64,000 nucleotides of DNA from Nitrospirota bacterium (GCA_963788195.1 CAWBGA010000005.1:64001-128000); one strand, 5' to 3'. Numbered from the stretch's first letter, positions 30,961 to 42,198 are shown. A program made the numbers and translations. Notes: generated from the sequence alone by a model not told the origin.

Positions 30961-31446
30961 TTATTCAACGACCCAGATAGCAAAACCCTTAGCATCCCGC
31001 AATAGTTGATCTGTGACTCCGCCACCAAACATGCGTTTTATCCCGGACGCGCCATGCCGGCCTACGACAATGGTCTCATATCTTCCGGCACGTGCCTCTT
31101 CCAGAATGGTCCTGGCAATGTCGTCCTCGTGGCCGAACTTCAAGGCTACGCGCGTTCTATCAAAGCCGGTTTTTGCCAGCATCTCGAGCGCCTGCGTCAG
31201 CACAGGGCACTCCAACTCCCGTTCCTTTCGAGACCACGCATCCTGGTCATCTCGTAATTGCGCGCTCAACCGGGCCTCGATGACGGGATTCTCCGATCCG
31301 CCGTGCTCGAGGAATTTCCGCGGCATGGGCTTAAGCACATGAAAGAGGGTGATTGTCATCTCCGGTGTTTGGCGCAACAGCGAACCTACATAACGAACCG
31401 CGCGCTGTGAGTTCTCAGATCCATCTACCGTGAGCAGAATTGGCAT
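30961..31446 (-). CDS. Universal stress protein
   Basis: ILLTVDGSENSQRAV, IVVGRHG, FGGGVTDQLL. Confidence 0.85.
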   Translation of the reverse strand: MPILLTVDGSENSQRAVRYVGSLLRQTPEMTITLFHVLKPMPRKFLEHGGSENPVIEARLSAQLRDDQDAWSRKERELECPVLTQALEMLAKTGFDRTRVALKFGHEDDIARTILEEARAGRYETIVVGRHGASGIKRMFGGGVTDQLLRDAKGFAIWVVE

Positions 31447-31602
31447 AAAGGTCTCCTTACCCCCGGCGACAGGCGAATCGCGCGCACCGGGTTGGCCGAA
31501 TCGTCGCAGAACGCGGGGATCATTGCAACGCGCGATCAAGCCCTGAAGGAATTGACCTTAGTAGGCTGCTTTGTTACCATTTCGCGCCATTCGGGGAATT
31601 TC

Positions 31603-32208
31603 ATGAGCTACGTGCAAAGTACACTGGTTCCAGGGGAACGGATCCTGTACCGGGCTCATCTCCACTGGACTACGTTTCTCGGGGGCGGCCTCCTATTTGT
31701 TCTATTAACGATCGTGGCGATTTTGTTTGTAACTAGGGAGGAGAGTCAATTCGCGGGATTCATCATCTTTATCCTCGGGGCACTCCCCTTGGCCGCGGCG
31801 TACATCCGTTACCGAACCTCCGAGTTTGCCGTTACCGACAAGCGCGTCCTTATCAAAACCGGCTTGATTCGGCGACATACGCTCGAGACATTGCTGAACA
31901 AGGTGGAAAATATCAGTGTCGAACAAGGATTGCTGGGCCGTGTGCTGAACTATGGGACGATCCAGGTCACGGGGACAGGGTCTACCAAGGAAACCTTCAC
32001 CAATATCGCGGATCCCCTGGAATTTCGAAAGCAGGTTCAGGGTGCGACACTGAATTACGAAGCCGGAAAAACGGGAGCCTTCAATCCCGCCCCTCATTTT
32101 TCGGAACGGGCAGAGAAGCAGTGTCCGTTTTGTGCTGAGCGTATCCTCGCCCAGGCGAAGATCTGCCGGTTCTGCAACCGCGACGTCACGCCCGCCCCCG
32201 GCAAATAG
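31603..32208 (+). CDS. Bacterial PH-domain membrane protein with C-terminal zinc ribbon
   Basis: Two TMs, EFAVTDKRV, GRVLNYGTI, CPFCAERI..CRFC. Confidence 0.8.
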   Translation: MSYVQSTLVPGERILYRAHLHWTTFLGGGLLFVLLTIVAILFVTREESQFAGFIIFILGALPLAAAYIRYRTSEFAVTDKRVLIKTGLIRRHTLETLLNKVENISVEQGLLGRVLNYGTIQVTGTGSTKETFTNIADPLEFRKQVQGATLNYEAGKTGAFNPAPHFSERAEKQCPFCAERILAQAKICRFCNRDVTPAPGK

Positions 32209-32281
32209 TCAGCGCTCTTGACATCCTCGCACGCGGAGATTGTAATGAGTCACATTCCCGTGATTGTTGCGTAATATCGAT

Positions 32282-34594
32282 ATGACAACCGACAGAGACG
32301 CGCTCGAATTCGTGTCGATTGAAGGACTTTTGGCTTATGGCGAAGCCCTAGCTTCGCTTAGCCGGGTCGAGGGGGCAGAAATCCCTCCGGCCCCAGCTCC
32401 GTCGACGGATCGGGAACGGCGGACGCACCAAGCAATGGCGCTCATCACTGCTTTCGTGCAGCGGGCCCAATCGGGGTTTCCGGACGCCCGGGCCTACGAG
32501 GCCGCCCGGCAAGCTCTCATCACGGAAGGCTGCGGGGGCGACGAAGTTGTCTTTTACGCCGCCTGGAATAAGCTGCTTGCCGAGGGGGCGCTGGCGCCTC
32601 TCTACCGGGCGCCCATCGGTGCGGTGCAGAAACCCAGCTACCGGCGACCGGTGGCGATGGTGCCCCGCGCTCAGCTTACGTCACAGTTGGTCGAGGGGCG
32701 GGTGACCCTTGACATGGGTGACGACGGCTTTCTTCTGCTACCGCGCGAACTTGCCGGGCGCACGATTCTATTTGCGATGCGGCATGGCATCTCGCGCGTG
32801 GAAAGCAAGACCCACCGAGTAGGACGGCGGTTACCTAACACGCTCGATCCCGGCATGGGTGTCGCGAGGGCTGATGCGGTCGGTGCGGCATTTGCCAGGA
32901 TGGTCGGTCTGGTCAGACAGCAACTCGATTTTCTGCGCCTCACCAATTACCTGGATCCTCGGACCTTCCTTCATTTCGTGAGTCGCAGCCCCAATACGAC
33001 CCAATTGTTCGAACGCGTGCTGGCGGCGTTGCTTCCCGAGCAGCCATCGGGTGCCCGGCCGTCCATTGAAGACGCCTTGCAAGCGCAAGATTTCGGCTGG
33101 GTCACGGGCGTCGAAAAGGAACGCGAGGCCAAGAAGGCCGCAGAAATCTTTGGTGTGGACGTAAACACGGTCAAACAGTTGATCAAGCATCCCCTGTATT
33201 CATATCCCGGGGGGCATTCGTTCTTCGACGCCTATGTGCAGGTCGTCGATGGGCTGCACCGCCTTGCTAGTGCACACCTGGGAAACGTCGCTGCGCTTTA
33301 CACCCATAGCACCACGCTGCGCGCGCTCATGATTTACCTGGACCCGCGCCCCTTTCGTGAAGCGTTCGGTGAGTTCGGCGAGTACAAGGAAGGCCAGGAT
33401 AACGTCGTCCTGCTGATATTCGAGAATGGCCAATTCTCAGGATATTCCACCGCCGTCGGCATCTCCGAGCGCGAACGGGCCGAGCGCGATGCCTGGATCA
33501 CTGTTGAACGGGAACGCCGCGACCGTGTGACCCTCAAGCCCAAGCAGGTCAAACGACTTGTCGTGCTGGTCTCGGGCGGTGACTTTGCAGGCGCGGGGGC
33601 CGCGCTCAAGGAATTACGCGTCACCGGAAACCGCTTCGGTCTGGAAGTGTATTTTGTCCGGCATGGTTTCCTAGGGCTTGCGAATAACTGGATCGAAAAA
33701 GTGACGGAACAGGACACCCGCGCCATGAGCAGCGTGGCCAGCAGTCCAATCGGGAGCAGTCGGTTCGAGGATTTCAAAGATGAACAGGTCCAGCATGCCG
33801 CCATGCAGAACCTTGCGCCTCATTTAAAGGATGGGGCATTGGTCGTGATCGGCGGCGACGGGAGTCTCCGCGGCGCTCGGGCGATCTATGAAGCCTTCGG
33901 GGTGCAAGTGGTGGGGATCCCAGGAACCATCGACAACAACATCGCGAGGACGGTCTCGCTTGGATTTCACTCCGCGGTGGCCCTAGCCAACCAGTCGATT
34001 GAATCATTGAAGGCCACGAGCGCGGCGATGGGCAGCATTTTTTTCGTCGAAGTGATGGGAGCCGGCTCGGGGCATCTCGCGCTGGCCTGCGCCTACCAAG
34101 CGAGGGCCGAGGGCGTGCTGGTGAACGAATATCCCGATCCGGATGCCTACATTGACGACATCATCCTCGGGACACTCAAACAGACGCTCGGGGTGCCGAA
34201 CAAGAGTCATTTGTTCGTCGTCGCAGAGCGGACACCGCACCGCCACCATCCCGGCGGAGGGGTCCACGGGCTCGTGGAGTATGTAGCGGGCGCAATTGCC
34301 CAGTGGCCGCAGCTTCGCCCAAGCTCACATAGAATGACGCTGGCGACGAAGGCAACCATTCTGGGACATACGCTTCGAGGAGCTCTTCCAATGCCGGACG
34401 ACAAAGCCATCGCGCAGGATCTCGGCTATGAGACCGTGCGTCGGCTTGTGGCGCAGCCGGAATCGGTCGTGGGTTGTATGTTGGCCTACCGTGAGCCGTC
34501 GTCAATCGAAGCCATTCCACTTCATGCGGTTGCGCCTAAGATGTTTGATTGGGAACTCTTCACCCGGATGCACGGCAAAGACCTTCCGCGATAA
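32282..34594 (+). CDS. Histidine-phosphatase-like domain fused to 6-phosphofructokinase domain
   Basis: AMRHG and YTHSTT in the N-terminal half; SGGD, GGDGS, PGTIDNN, EVMG, LGHTLRG in the C-terminal half. Confidence 0.8.
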   Translation: MTTDRDALEFVSIEGLLAYGEALASLSRVEGAEIPPAPAPSTDRERRTHQAMALITAFVQRAQSGFPDARAYEAARQALITEGCGGDEVVFYAAWNKLLAEGALAPLYRAPIGAVQKPSYRRPVAMVPRAQLTSQLVEGRVTLDMGDDGFLLLPRELAGRTILFAMRHGISRVESKTHRVGRRLPNTLDPGMGVARADAVGAAFARMVGLVRQQLDFLRLTNYLDPRTFLHFVSRSPNTTQLFERVLAALLPEQPSGARPSIEDALQAQDFGWVTGVEKEREAKKAAEIFGVDVNTVKQLIKHPLYSYPGGHSFFDAYVQVVDGLHRLASAHLGNVAALYTHSTTLRALMIYLDPRPFREAFGEFGEYKEGQDNVVLLIFENGQFSGYSTAVGISERERAERDAWITVERERRDRVTLKPKQVKRLVVLVSGGDFAGAGAALKELRVTGNRFGLEVYFVRHGFLGLANNWIEKVTEQDTRAMSSVASSPIGSSRFEDFKDEQVQHAAMQNLAPHLKDGALVVIGGDGSLRGARAIYEAFGVQVVGIPGTIDNNIARTVSLGFHSAVALANQSIESLKATSAAMGSIFFVEVMGAGSGHLALACAYQARAEGVLVNEYPDPDAYIDDIILGTLKQTLGVPNKSHLFVVAERTPHRHHPGGGVHGLVEYVAGAIAQWPQLRPSSHRMTLATKATILGHTLRGALPMPDDKAIAQDLGYETVRRLVAQPESVVGCMLAYREPSSIEAIPLHAVAPKMFDWELFTRMHGKDLPR

Positions 34595-34691
34595 GACCCT
34601 CCCTTTGATGTTCGCCCTCCTCCTCGTTGGGGTTGGAAAACTCCCCTCTGCATCCGACAATTTATTCTTCACCCTCAAAAAGGAGGAAACC

Positions 34692-35084
34692 ATGAAGGCT
34701 TCCCAGTTTGGAGTCGCAATAGTGTTGTGCAGCACCGTTCTCATGGCTTGCCAGTCCAATCCGCCACCGACGGTTGCTAGCGCGTCCGGACAGGTTCCGA
34801 CCCAGGCGGATATAGATAGCTGCAATAGTTCCGCGCGGGACCAAAGCGGAACCGGAACCAGCGAGGTGTTAAAGGATGCCGCTATTGGAGGAGTGGGAGG
34901 CGCGGGTGTTGGCGCGGCCGGCGGGGCCATTGCCGACGGCGGATCTGGCGCCGGCAAAGGCGCCGCGATTGGTGGGATTGTGGGGGCGACAGCCGGCACT
35001 CTGTACGGGTTGAATGAGCGCAACAAGGGCCAGGCGTCTTACGAAAATGCATACCGTTCGTGCATGGCACAACGCGGATACTGA
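34692..35084 (+). CDS. Glycine-zipper (YMGG-like) lipoprotein
   Basis: LMAC lipobox, GxxxG zipper, AYRSCMAQRGY. Confidence 0.8.
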   Translation: MKASQFGVAIVLCSTVLMACQSNPPPTVASASGQVPTQADIDSCNSSARDQSGTGTSEVLKDAAIGGVGGAGVGAAGGAIADGGSGAGKGAAIGGIVGATAGTLYGLNERNKGQASYENAYRSCMAQRGY

Positions 35085-35201
35085 TTGCACCGATAACCGA
35101 GGCCAGGTCGTCCTGGCCTCGTCCCTCCTCTCGCTGTACGCCACCCGACCCTAAACGATTACAAGGCATCTATGGCAGATCCGCAAAAGAAAATTATAGT
35201 G

Positions 35202-36206
35202 TCAGATCGGAAGAGAGTAGAGCCTGTAGGCAAGCTCAAAAGCCCGGGAGGTGGTGCGGGTGTAGCCTGTGGCGAGCTTTCTGAGCAGTTTCTGCCGCGG
35301 GACCTCGTCTGCCAGTGATGGTTCAATGGAAAAATGGCGATAGCCTAGGTTGACGTCGATGCCAAAGTCTAACGCCTTTTCGAAGGCGCTCGTGAGAAGC
35401 AAGGTCAGGGTGACGTCGGGGAGGTCAAGCGCTCGAGACGCAAGTGCCATGACTTCCTCGAAGTCCTCACGAACTTGCGGCGAATCGGGGGTAAAAAGAT
35501 TGCGCGCGCACGCATTGGTCAGATGCACGATCGCCGCGGCTCGATCCGCGACAGCCCAGTCGGCTGTCTCCCAGTCGGGAGGCGCGAGGATCAAATCTTT
35601 TGGCAGCGTGTGGATGTCTGCGACCAGGACTGTGAGATCATGCGGCGCTTTGCCCGTAACCAGACGATGCGCTTCATCATAGCGCAGGCCTTCGGTATAG
35701 GCACGGCACAGGATATCCTCGTACACGTCCGGCATGTGAACGGCAAGGGCGACTTCCCCCAGGCTTTCGAGCAAGGCGGTGGTAAAGAGGGTTTCGGAAT
35801 CGGGCAGACCGACGGCATCGCATAGCGAAGTGGTCTGATGTGCGGCCACAAATGCCCGCGCCAGGAGACGCCCCAGACGCGGTGCAGACTCTGCGGACCG
35901 GTGCACGAGCTCGACGAATTCAGCAGCGATGGCGATATCGCGGATGACGTCGTAGCCGATCAGAAGAATTGCGCGCTTGATCGTCGTGATTTTCTCTGGA
36001 CTGCGCGAGTAATACGGGCTATTGGCGATGACCAGGACCCGCGCGACAAAGGCCTGGTCACGGCGGATCGTATGCACAATGAGATCGGCATCGGTAGCCG
36101 GTGAGGAGAGCTGCGCGATGAGTTTGGCCGAGGTCTCGCGGATAACAGGAAGGGGGCCCGCGAGCTTGTCGGTTAGCTCTGAGACGAGGCCGGTTGAATC
36201 AGACAT
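35202..36206 (-). CDS. HDOD-domain protein
   Basis: LPVI, DQAFVARVLVIANSPYY, ITTIKRAILLIG. Confidence 0.85.
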   Translation of the reverse strand: MSDSTGLVSELTDKLAGPLPVIRETSAKLIAQLSSPATDADLIVHTIRRDQAFVARVLVIANSPYYSRSPEKITTIKRAILLIGYDVIRDIAIAAEFVELVHRSAESAPRLGRLLARAFVAAHQTTSLCDAVGLPDSETLFTTALLESLGEVALAVHMPDVYEDILCRAYTEGLRYDEAHRLVTGKAPHDLTVLVADIHTLPKDLILAPPDWETADWAVADRAAAIVHLTNACARNLFTPDSPQVREDFEEVMALASRALDLPDVTLTLLLTSAFEKALDFGIDVNLGYRHFSIEPSLADEVPRQKLLRKLATGYTRTTSRAFELAYRLYSLPI

Positions 36207-36299
36207 AACAGTGAGCGGACGGGCACAGCATGATTCTTTCTTGTCGGTGGGAACAGGCGCACACTTGAGATAAAAGATGGGGCAGGATCGGGTGAGCGT

Positions 36300-37205
36300 T
36301 CAGCCTGCTGCGAGAGCCTGGATCTCGCGAATCAATTTTTGAAGCTTTTCAGATGCGTGAGTGCGCTGGCGCGGGGTAATGGTTCGATCGATCATGAGAA
36401 CAGTGGCCTTAACATCGTCCCGCCAGCGCTGCGCGGAGTCGAGCGAAGGCTGCGCAGACTGCTTTCCGGGACTCTCAAACCATTCATGAATTCTGTGTTC
36501 GATCAGAGCGGGCTTTGGCCGGGATTGAAGGAGCCGCACAAACTCATCCTGCCGTCGCATGCGATAGGCCAACCAGTCATCGGCGGTGTCGGCCATGTCT
36601 TTGATCAACCGCTCCGTGAGCCGTTCCTGTTCCGCCGTGAGCGGGCCGAGCCAGTCTCGGAGAGAAGAGATCCCGTTTTTCGCGCGTTTGACGGATCGCT
36701 CTTCGGGTGTCGCGCCGGCCCGTGCTTGCCACTGTCGATGTTCGCGCTGCACGACGCGCTCAAGGCGTTTCAGCTGCTTGGCATCTACGGTGGCTAGAAA
36801 GACGCCTCCTTCGGAAGCAATACGATTTGCGAGGCTAGCGCGGAGGTTCGCGAAAGTGTCGAAGGACCAGTCAATGTCTTCGGGGGTGAGGCCATCCTGC
36901 CAGCGGTCGTGAACTTGCCTCAAAAACTCGGAATAGCGGGGAATCTCTGTATGCCGATGCCAGACATGTAGTTCCGCCAGCTTAGCCTTGAGGTATCCAT
37001 CTTGATCCTGAGACAGTTGAAAATAGCGGTCAATCCTCCATAGTAACAACCGCTCGGCATGGTCATAGGTAAAAGTCAGGGTGACGCAGCCCGCGAGAAC
37101 TACGACCAAGGCGGCGCAGGAAATGAGGTATTTTACGCACAATAACGCGTTCGGGGGACGAAATCGGCTTACTGATGGTCGCGGGCCGGCGATAAGCATG
37201 ACCAT
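36300..37205 (-). CDS. DUF6279-like lipoprotein
   Basis: LAGC lipobox, YDHAERLLLWRIDRYF, WHRHTEIPRY, WLGPLT. Confidence 0.7.
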   Translation of the reverse strand: MVMLIAGPRPSVSRFRPPNALLCVKYLISCAALVVVLAGCVTLTFTYDHAERLLLWRIDRYFQLSQDQDGYLKAKLAELHVWHRHTEIPRYSEFLRQVHDRWQDGLTPEDIDWSFDTFANLRASLANRIASEGGVFLATVDAKQLKRLERVVQREHRQWQARAGATPEERSVKRAKNGISSLRDWLGPLTAEQERLTERLIKDMADTADDWLAYRMRRQDEFVRLLQSRPKPALIEHRIHEWFESPGKQSAQPSLDSAQRWRDDVKATVLMIDRTITPRQRTHASEKLQKLIREIQALAAG

Positions 37206-37249
37206 TGATCATACCACGAGCTAGAAACAGGCCGAAATTAAGGCTGTCG

Positions 37250-37735
37250 TCAACGCACGAGATCCCAAAGCCTCTGTACCAGCCAGAGAGTCCCCATCAT
37301 CACCAGGACGAAGAGAACGAGCAACAACAGAATCACACTGAGAACGAAAATCCAATCTGCGGTGGTGGCCACGCGCCGCGGCTCGCGAGCGTAGCGCTGG
37401 ATCAAGGCCAGATTCCTCATATTGGACTTGAACCAGAAAGAAAATACGTCCCCGATGCCAGGAATCGCGCCGATCACCGTGTTGAGGAACACGTTAAGAC
37501 TCATGCGGACAAGCACAATCCTTGGGAGGCCCATCTGGGCTCCAAGAAACAGCAGTGAGGAGCCGAGCAAGTTCCCAAGTGTGTCTCCAAAGCCCGGGAT
37601 GAGGCCGATAATTGGATCGAGTCCTATCCGTATCGATGTGCCGGGCAAATTAAAAGCGCTGTCGAGAAGGGTCGCGATGCCCCTCGCAATCGAGGCGTAT
37701 GGTTCTGGGGCGACGCGTTCCTCTTCGCGCGTCAC
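37250..37735 (-). CDS. DUF4112-family membrane protein
   Basis: LLDSAFNLPG..IGLDPIIGLIPGFGD, FKSNMRN. Confidence 0.85.
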   Translation of the reverse strand: MTREEERVAPEPYASIARGIATLLDSAFNLPGTSIRIGLDPIIGLIPGFGDTLGNLLGSSLLFLGAQMGLPRIVLVRMSLNVFLNTVIGAIPGIGDVFSFWFKSNMRNLALIQRYAREPRRVATTADWIFVLSVILLLLVLFVLVMMGTLWLVQRLWDLVR

Positions 37736-38625
37736 TATTGTTGCCCGCGCCAGTCGGGTCGGGCCACTTCGCGCCAGCGGTCTCGAATTGAACGGTATTC
37801 TGACTCTGAAAGGGCGCCGGCTGCCAGCAACGAGACATTTTCATGCCAGCGTGCTAGCTTGGTCGTCCCAACAATGGCCGTGTGCACGCCGGGCACCGTC
37901 ATCGTAAACCTGAGCGAGGTCCCCGCTACAGCCCCAGTACTCCCATAAGCAAAATTCAGTTCGCGCCAGCGTGCCCAATATGGATGCACATACGTATCGG
38001 GTGGCTCTGTCTGATAGCGCCACACCGCGTTCGCCAGAGGTCGCTTTGCGATGACGCCAAGCTGCGTTTGATCCGCAAGCGGCAGGATGCGATCGATTGC
38101 GTCCTGGTCTGCTACGCTGACGGAAATCTGTAGGACGTCGAAGTCCCCGCACGTCACTGCGTACAGCGCCGCGTCGTTATCCCCGCTGTAACCAATGTAA
38201 CGGGTTTTGCCGGCATCGCGGGCCCGCCGTAACTCCGCGGTCAGCTTGCCGTCACGAAGGACCTCCTCCGAACAGCTGTGGAGCTGCACGAGGTCAACAT
38301 GGTCAGTGCGGAGACGGCGAAGGCTGCGCTCGATGCTGGGAATGACAAGCCTGGGATGCCACTCGGGAAAGTTAAAGCCTGCAGCATGCCCACATTTCGT
38401 AAATAGATAATAGTCGTCCCGCCTGGCGGAAATCGTCTGCCCAATGAGCTCCTCGCTGGCATCATAGCATTCCGCGGTATCGATAACGTTCAAGCCGGAA
38501 TCTAGCGCGCCGTTGAGAAGGCTGTCCACCGCGGCCACCGACGTATCCTCGAAGCCGATTTCCGCTGCCCCGAAGCCCAGCAGGCTCACCTCCATGTCCG
38601 TTTTCCCCAGGCGACGCCGTTCCAT
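37735..38625 (-). CDS. Aldo/keto reductase
   Basis: RRLGKT, IDTAECY, SLRRLRTDHVDLVQLH, GKTRYIG. Confidence 0.9.
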   Translation of the reverse strand: MERRRLGKTDMEVSLLGFGAAEIGFEDTSVAAVDSLLNGALDSGLNVIDTAECYDASEELIGQTISARRDDYYLFTKCGHAAGFNFPEWHPRLVIPSIERSLRRLRTDHVDLVQLHSCSEEVLRDGKLTAELRRARDAGKTRYIGYSGDNDAALYAVTCGDFDVLQISVSVADQDAIDRILPLADQTQLGVIAKRPLANAVWRYQTEPPDTYVHPYWARWRELNFAYGSTGAVAGTSLRFTMTVPGVHTAIVGTTKLARWHENVSLLAAGALSESEYRSIRDRWREVARPDWRGQQ

Positions 38626-38971
38626 GAGTGTTCACTATTGCCTATGTGGAATCCGTTTGGATTGCGGAGCGGCGCCGTCTCGCACCGGAAGGCATACCCC
38701 TTCCGGTGAATAGCGCTCTGTGCAGCATAACGCAGGGCTCACCCTTCCCGCCAGTTGAGCTAAGCGTCGTTCCTTGTTGGGCGCCTTAAAGACAGCGCAA
38801 ACACTCTCCTCTGGGTTTCTGAACCCAGGACGTCAGGTTGAAATTCGCCAACTGCCAGGAATATACCGAGCCGCCAGTATTTTGACTCGTAGGTTCTACG
38901 TACCTATACGATCGATGGGGGCGCAGGGTGCCAGAGACCTCAATACGTAGGTGTGTCTCAGATGAGAGCGA

Positions 38972-38988
38972 TTGGCATTCGCCTTGCT
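38972..38988 (+). promoter_or_regulatory. Putative sigma-54 promoter
   Basis: TTGGCATTCGCCTTGCT (GG-N10-GC), upstream of bactofilin. Confidence 0.45.
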
Positions 38989-39265
38989 GTATATAACCCT
39001 AAAGAACTATCTCAATGATAATGGCCCGGTGCCCCGCACGTTGCGCGGTACATGGTAAGGAGATGACCCATGAAATGTCCAAAGTGTCGAGGGATGATGG
39101 TTGATGAGCGCTCTGCCGATCATTTTATGATCAGGTTGGAGCGTCGTTGTCTCTGTTGTGGAAATGTCATGAATGTTTCCATGCTGCATATCCGGGCAAC
39201 GGATTTGAGGCCAGCCGCGACCGCGCGATGGAGTCGGTAAATTTTCGCGTAGCAGGCAAAGCTTC

Positions 39266-39787
39266 ATGTGGACAGGCCGCAACACTGTAGGGAAAGCCAA
39301 TGGAAACGACGACATCAGCTTGCTTGGTAAGAATGCGCGATTTAAAGGTGCCATCATGTTTGAAGGCACTGCCCGGATTGATGGACGGCTCGAGGGAGAC
39401 ATTTCTACGGAAGGGATTCTGGTTATCGGGACAGATGCCGTTGTCGAAGGGAACATTGCGGCCCGCGCGGTCCACTGCGCCGGCACGGTAACCGGAGATA
39501 TCGTCGCATCCGAAAGAGTTGATCTCGTCTCGCCCGCGTTCGTGACGGGACGCGTCAAAACCCCCCGACTGACCCTGCAGGAAGGCGTATCATTTTTGGG
39601 CTTTTCGGAAGTGCACAATGTAGAAGCTGCATTGACCGTCCAAGTCACCTCGGTCCCCCCCACGGGGGAGGGGCTGATCGACCAGGGCGGAACGCACGTA
39701 CCCCACTCACCGCTACCACGCAAGAAGCTGATCGCGTGGGACGCTCCAGCCAATCCTGCATCCTCGTCGACCGCCATCGGAGAGTGA
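39266..39787 (+). CDS. Bactofilin (polymer-forming cytoskeletal protein)
   Basis: RIDGRLEGDI, LVIGTDAVVEGNI, VTGDIVASERV beta-helix repeats. Confidence 0.85.
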   Translation: MWTGRNTVGKANGNDDISLLGKNARFKGAIMFEGTARIDGRLEGDISTEGILVIGTDAVVEGNIAARAVHCAGTVTGDIVASERVDLVSPAFVTGRVKTPRLTLQEGVSFLGFSEVHNVEAALTVQVTSVPPTGEGLIDQGGTHVPHSPLPRKKLIAWDAPANPASSSTAIGE

Positions 39788-39867
39788 TTCCTTCCCGTTG
39801 AGGCGTAAAACTACTCCGCATTTTCTTTCACCTACCCGGACCGATGCACTGAGTGCTCTACTTAAAG

Positions 39868-39944
39868 AAGTCCGGGACAGATTCATTTTTCAGCAGGGAT
39901 AGAAGATACCAGGGGAGCATCTGAAGACAAATAGGTCCCGGATT
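39868..39944. repeat. Degenerate inverted GGGACAGATT doublet
   Basis: TCCGGGACAGATTCATTTTTCAG ... CTGAAGACAAATAGGTCCCGGA. Confidence 0.55.
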
Positions 39945-39947
39945 CGA

Positions 39948-41324
39948 TTAACCTCTTCGTAGTTTCTCCACCAGTGTCGTACGGTTCAAGCCAAGGAGTT
40001 CGGCCGCTCGGCTCTTAACCCCGTTGCTGAGAACCAGGGCCTTCTCGATCAGATTGTGTTCAAGCTCATCTATAACACTTGGGAGGTCAATGCCTTCCGG
40101 GGGAAAGCTGATCACGGCGGCAGGGTCTTCAGACTTCTTGAGTTGTCGCATTGCGATCGGCAGATCTTCGGCCTCAATTAAGCCTGACGTCTTGAGCGCG
40201 CCGACTCGTTGAATGAAATTCTCCAACTCACGAACATTACCGGGCCAATGGTAGGCTTGCAGCAGATCGAGAGCTTCGGGTGTGACTCCTGTGATCATCG
40301 CGGTATTGAGCGGGTTTAAACGATCCAGGAAGTATCGAATCAAGATCGGAATATCCTCAGGACGCGACCTCAATGGAGGCAGGGTGAGAGGGATGACATT
40401 GAGACGGTAGTAAAGATCCTCGCGGAACCGGCCTTCTTCGACGGCCTGCTCCAGATCCTGGTTTGTCGCGGAAATTACACGTACATCCACCGAAAGCGTT
40501 TTGGAACCCCCAACGCGTTCGAAAGAGCGTTCTTGCAACACCCGCAAAAGCTTTACCTGAAGATTTGGGCTCAGCTCACCGATTTCGTCGAGAAAAATCG
40601 TCCCCTTGTGTGCCAATTCGAAGCGGCCGGCGCGGGCCGCCACTGCTCCCGTGAACGCTCCCTTCTCGTGGCCGAAAAATTCACTTTCCAGGAGACCTTC
40701 TGGAATTGCCCCGCAGTTGACGGCGACAAAGGGACCCATCCTATTGGTATTCTGATGATGGAGCGCGAGAGCTACCAATTCTTTGCCGGTGCCGCTTTCG
40801 CCGGAGATGAGGACGGTGCTGTCGGTCTCTGCGATCTTTCCGATCAGGCAATGCAGTTCTAGAATAGCCGGGCTGATCCCGATGAGAATTTCAGGGGCGC
40901 GACGCTTCTCGATAACCTTTCGCAGCGAGGCATTTTCGGCTGCCAATCGCCGGCATTCGAAGGCGTTACGCACGGCAATATTGAGCCGCTCAGCATCAAA
41001 AGGCTTCGTAATGAAGTCAGTGGCGCCTGATTTCATCGCCTGGACCACCATCTCGAAGGTGCCGTATCCTGTGATGACGAGGATTTGAGTGTCGGGCGAA
41101 AGCCGGCGAAGTGGCGTGATCAAGTCGAGTCCGCTGCCATGGGGCATGCGGATGTCCAGCAGGACAACGCCGTATGCGTTGGCTTGCACGCGTTCGAGAG
41201 CCTGAGGAGCCTCGCCGGTAGCTTCGACCTCATAACCCAGGTGCTGTAACCTGTACTTCAGGGCCTCCCTGATAGCCTGTTCGTCGTCTATAACTAAAAT
41301 GGATTGTACGGGCGATTCGCTCAT
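39948..41324 (-). CDS. Sigma-54-dependent response regulator (NtrC family)
   Basis: Receiver domain, [32 protein letters not shown]. Confidence 0.95.
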   Translation of the reverse strand: MSESPVQSILVIDDEQAIREALKYRLQHLGYEVEATGEAPQALERVQANAYGVVLLDIRMPHGSGLDLITPLRRLSPDTQILVITGYGTFEMVVQAMKSGATDFITKPFDAERLNIAVRNAFECRRLAAENASLRKVIEKRRAPEILIGISPAILELHCLIGKIAETDSTVLISGESGTGKELVALALHHQNTNRMGPFVAVNCGAIPEGLLESEFFGHEKGAFTGAVAARAGRFELAHKGTIFLDEIGELSPNLQVKLLRVLQERSFERVGGSKTLSVDVRVISATNQDLEQAVEEGRFREDLYYRLNVIPLTLPPLRSRPEDIPILIRYFLDRLNPLNTAMITGVTPEALDLLQAYHWPGNVRELENFIQRVGALKTSGLIEAEDLPIAMRQLKKSEDPAAVISFPPEGIDLPSVIDELEHNLIEKALVLSNGVKSRAAELLGLNRTTLVEKLRRG

Positions 41325-41563
41325 ATGCCTGCCGAAGGGAAGAGATTGCCTACCCTAAAATAATGAAGAAAATTAACTCAAGTGTCAATGCTTAATATAG
41401 TCAATATAATTACCTAATGTATTTTAGTGACATAATCCGTCTTTTGGGTCACCCCCGAGAATTTGGTGGGTTTACGCCTGAGCCGCATTACCCGCAAAAT
41501 AACAAACATGTTGTTGCATACCGGTACGCAATACTTCGGTGGATGAGTGAAGAAGATAGGATC

Positions 41564-42186
41564 ATGGGTAGGGCGATGGGCGCATTTTATGGTGTTGGGA
41601 GCCGGTCTGCTTATTGCCCAGACAGCTCAGGCGGAATGGTACACCGGACTTTATACCGGGGTGAACTTCGCCGACGATCTGTCATAATGTGGAGGGCACC
41701 GACGGATTGGCCGGACTCCGCGCCCCGGACTTTGACCTCAAGAATTCCATCGTGTACGGCGCGAAACTGGGGAATTACTTCGGGCACAGCTGGTTTGGTA
41801 TTGAGGGCGAAGTATTTAACAGCACACCTCACGTCAAGAATCTCGATGACATTCCGGGGTTTCATCTTCGCGTCACAACGCTGGCCTTGAATATTGTGGC
41901 GCGGTATCCCGGCCGGTCTGTCCAACCCTACGGCGGCATCGGCTTCGCCCTGCTCCTGGCGAGAATGGGGGAGTCCGCCACCACCCGGTCGGATTCGGCT
42001 GTCGGTCCGGCCTTCAATGCGATTGCCGGAATTCGTTTCTTTCTTACCCCTTACATCGCCTTGTTCACCGAATACAAGTTCTCAGAAGGCACGCTGCAAT
42101 TTGATAATGCCTTTGTCGTGGGCGGCGGCTTTGAAGCGGACTACCGTGCTCAATATGTTATAGCTGGCGTCACGTATCACTTCTAG
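41564..42186 (+). CDS. Outer-membrane beta-barrel protein, frameshifted 5' end
   Basis: Signal LLIAQTAQAEWY in an upstream frame; QPYGGIG; terminal VTYHF. Confidence 0.75.
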
Positions 42187-42198
42187 ACAGGGCCACCG

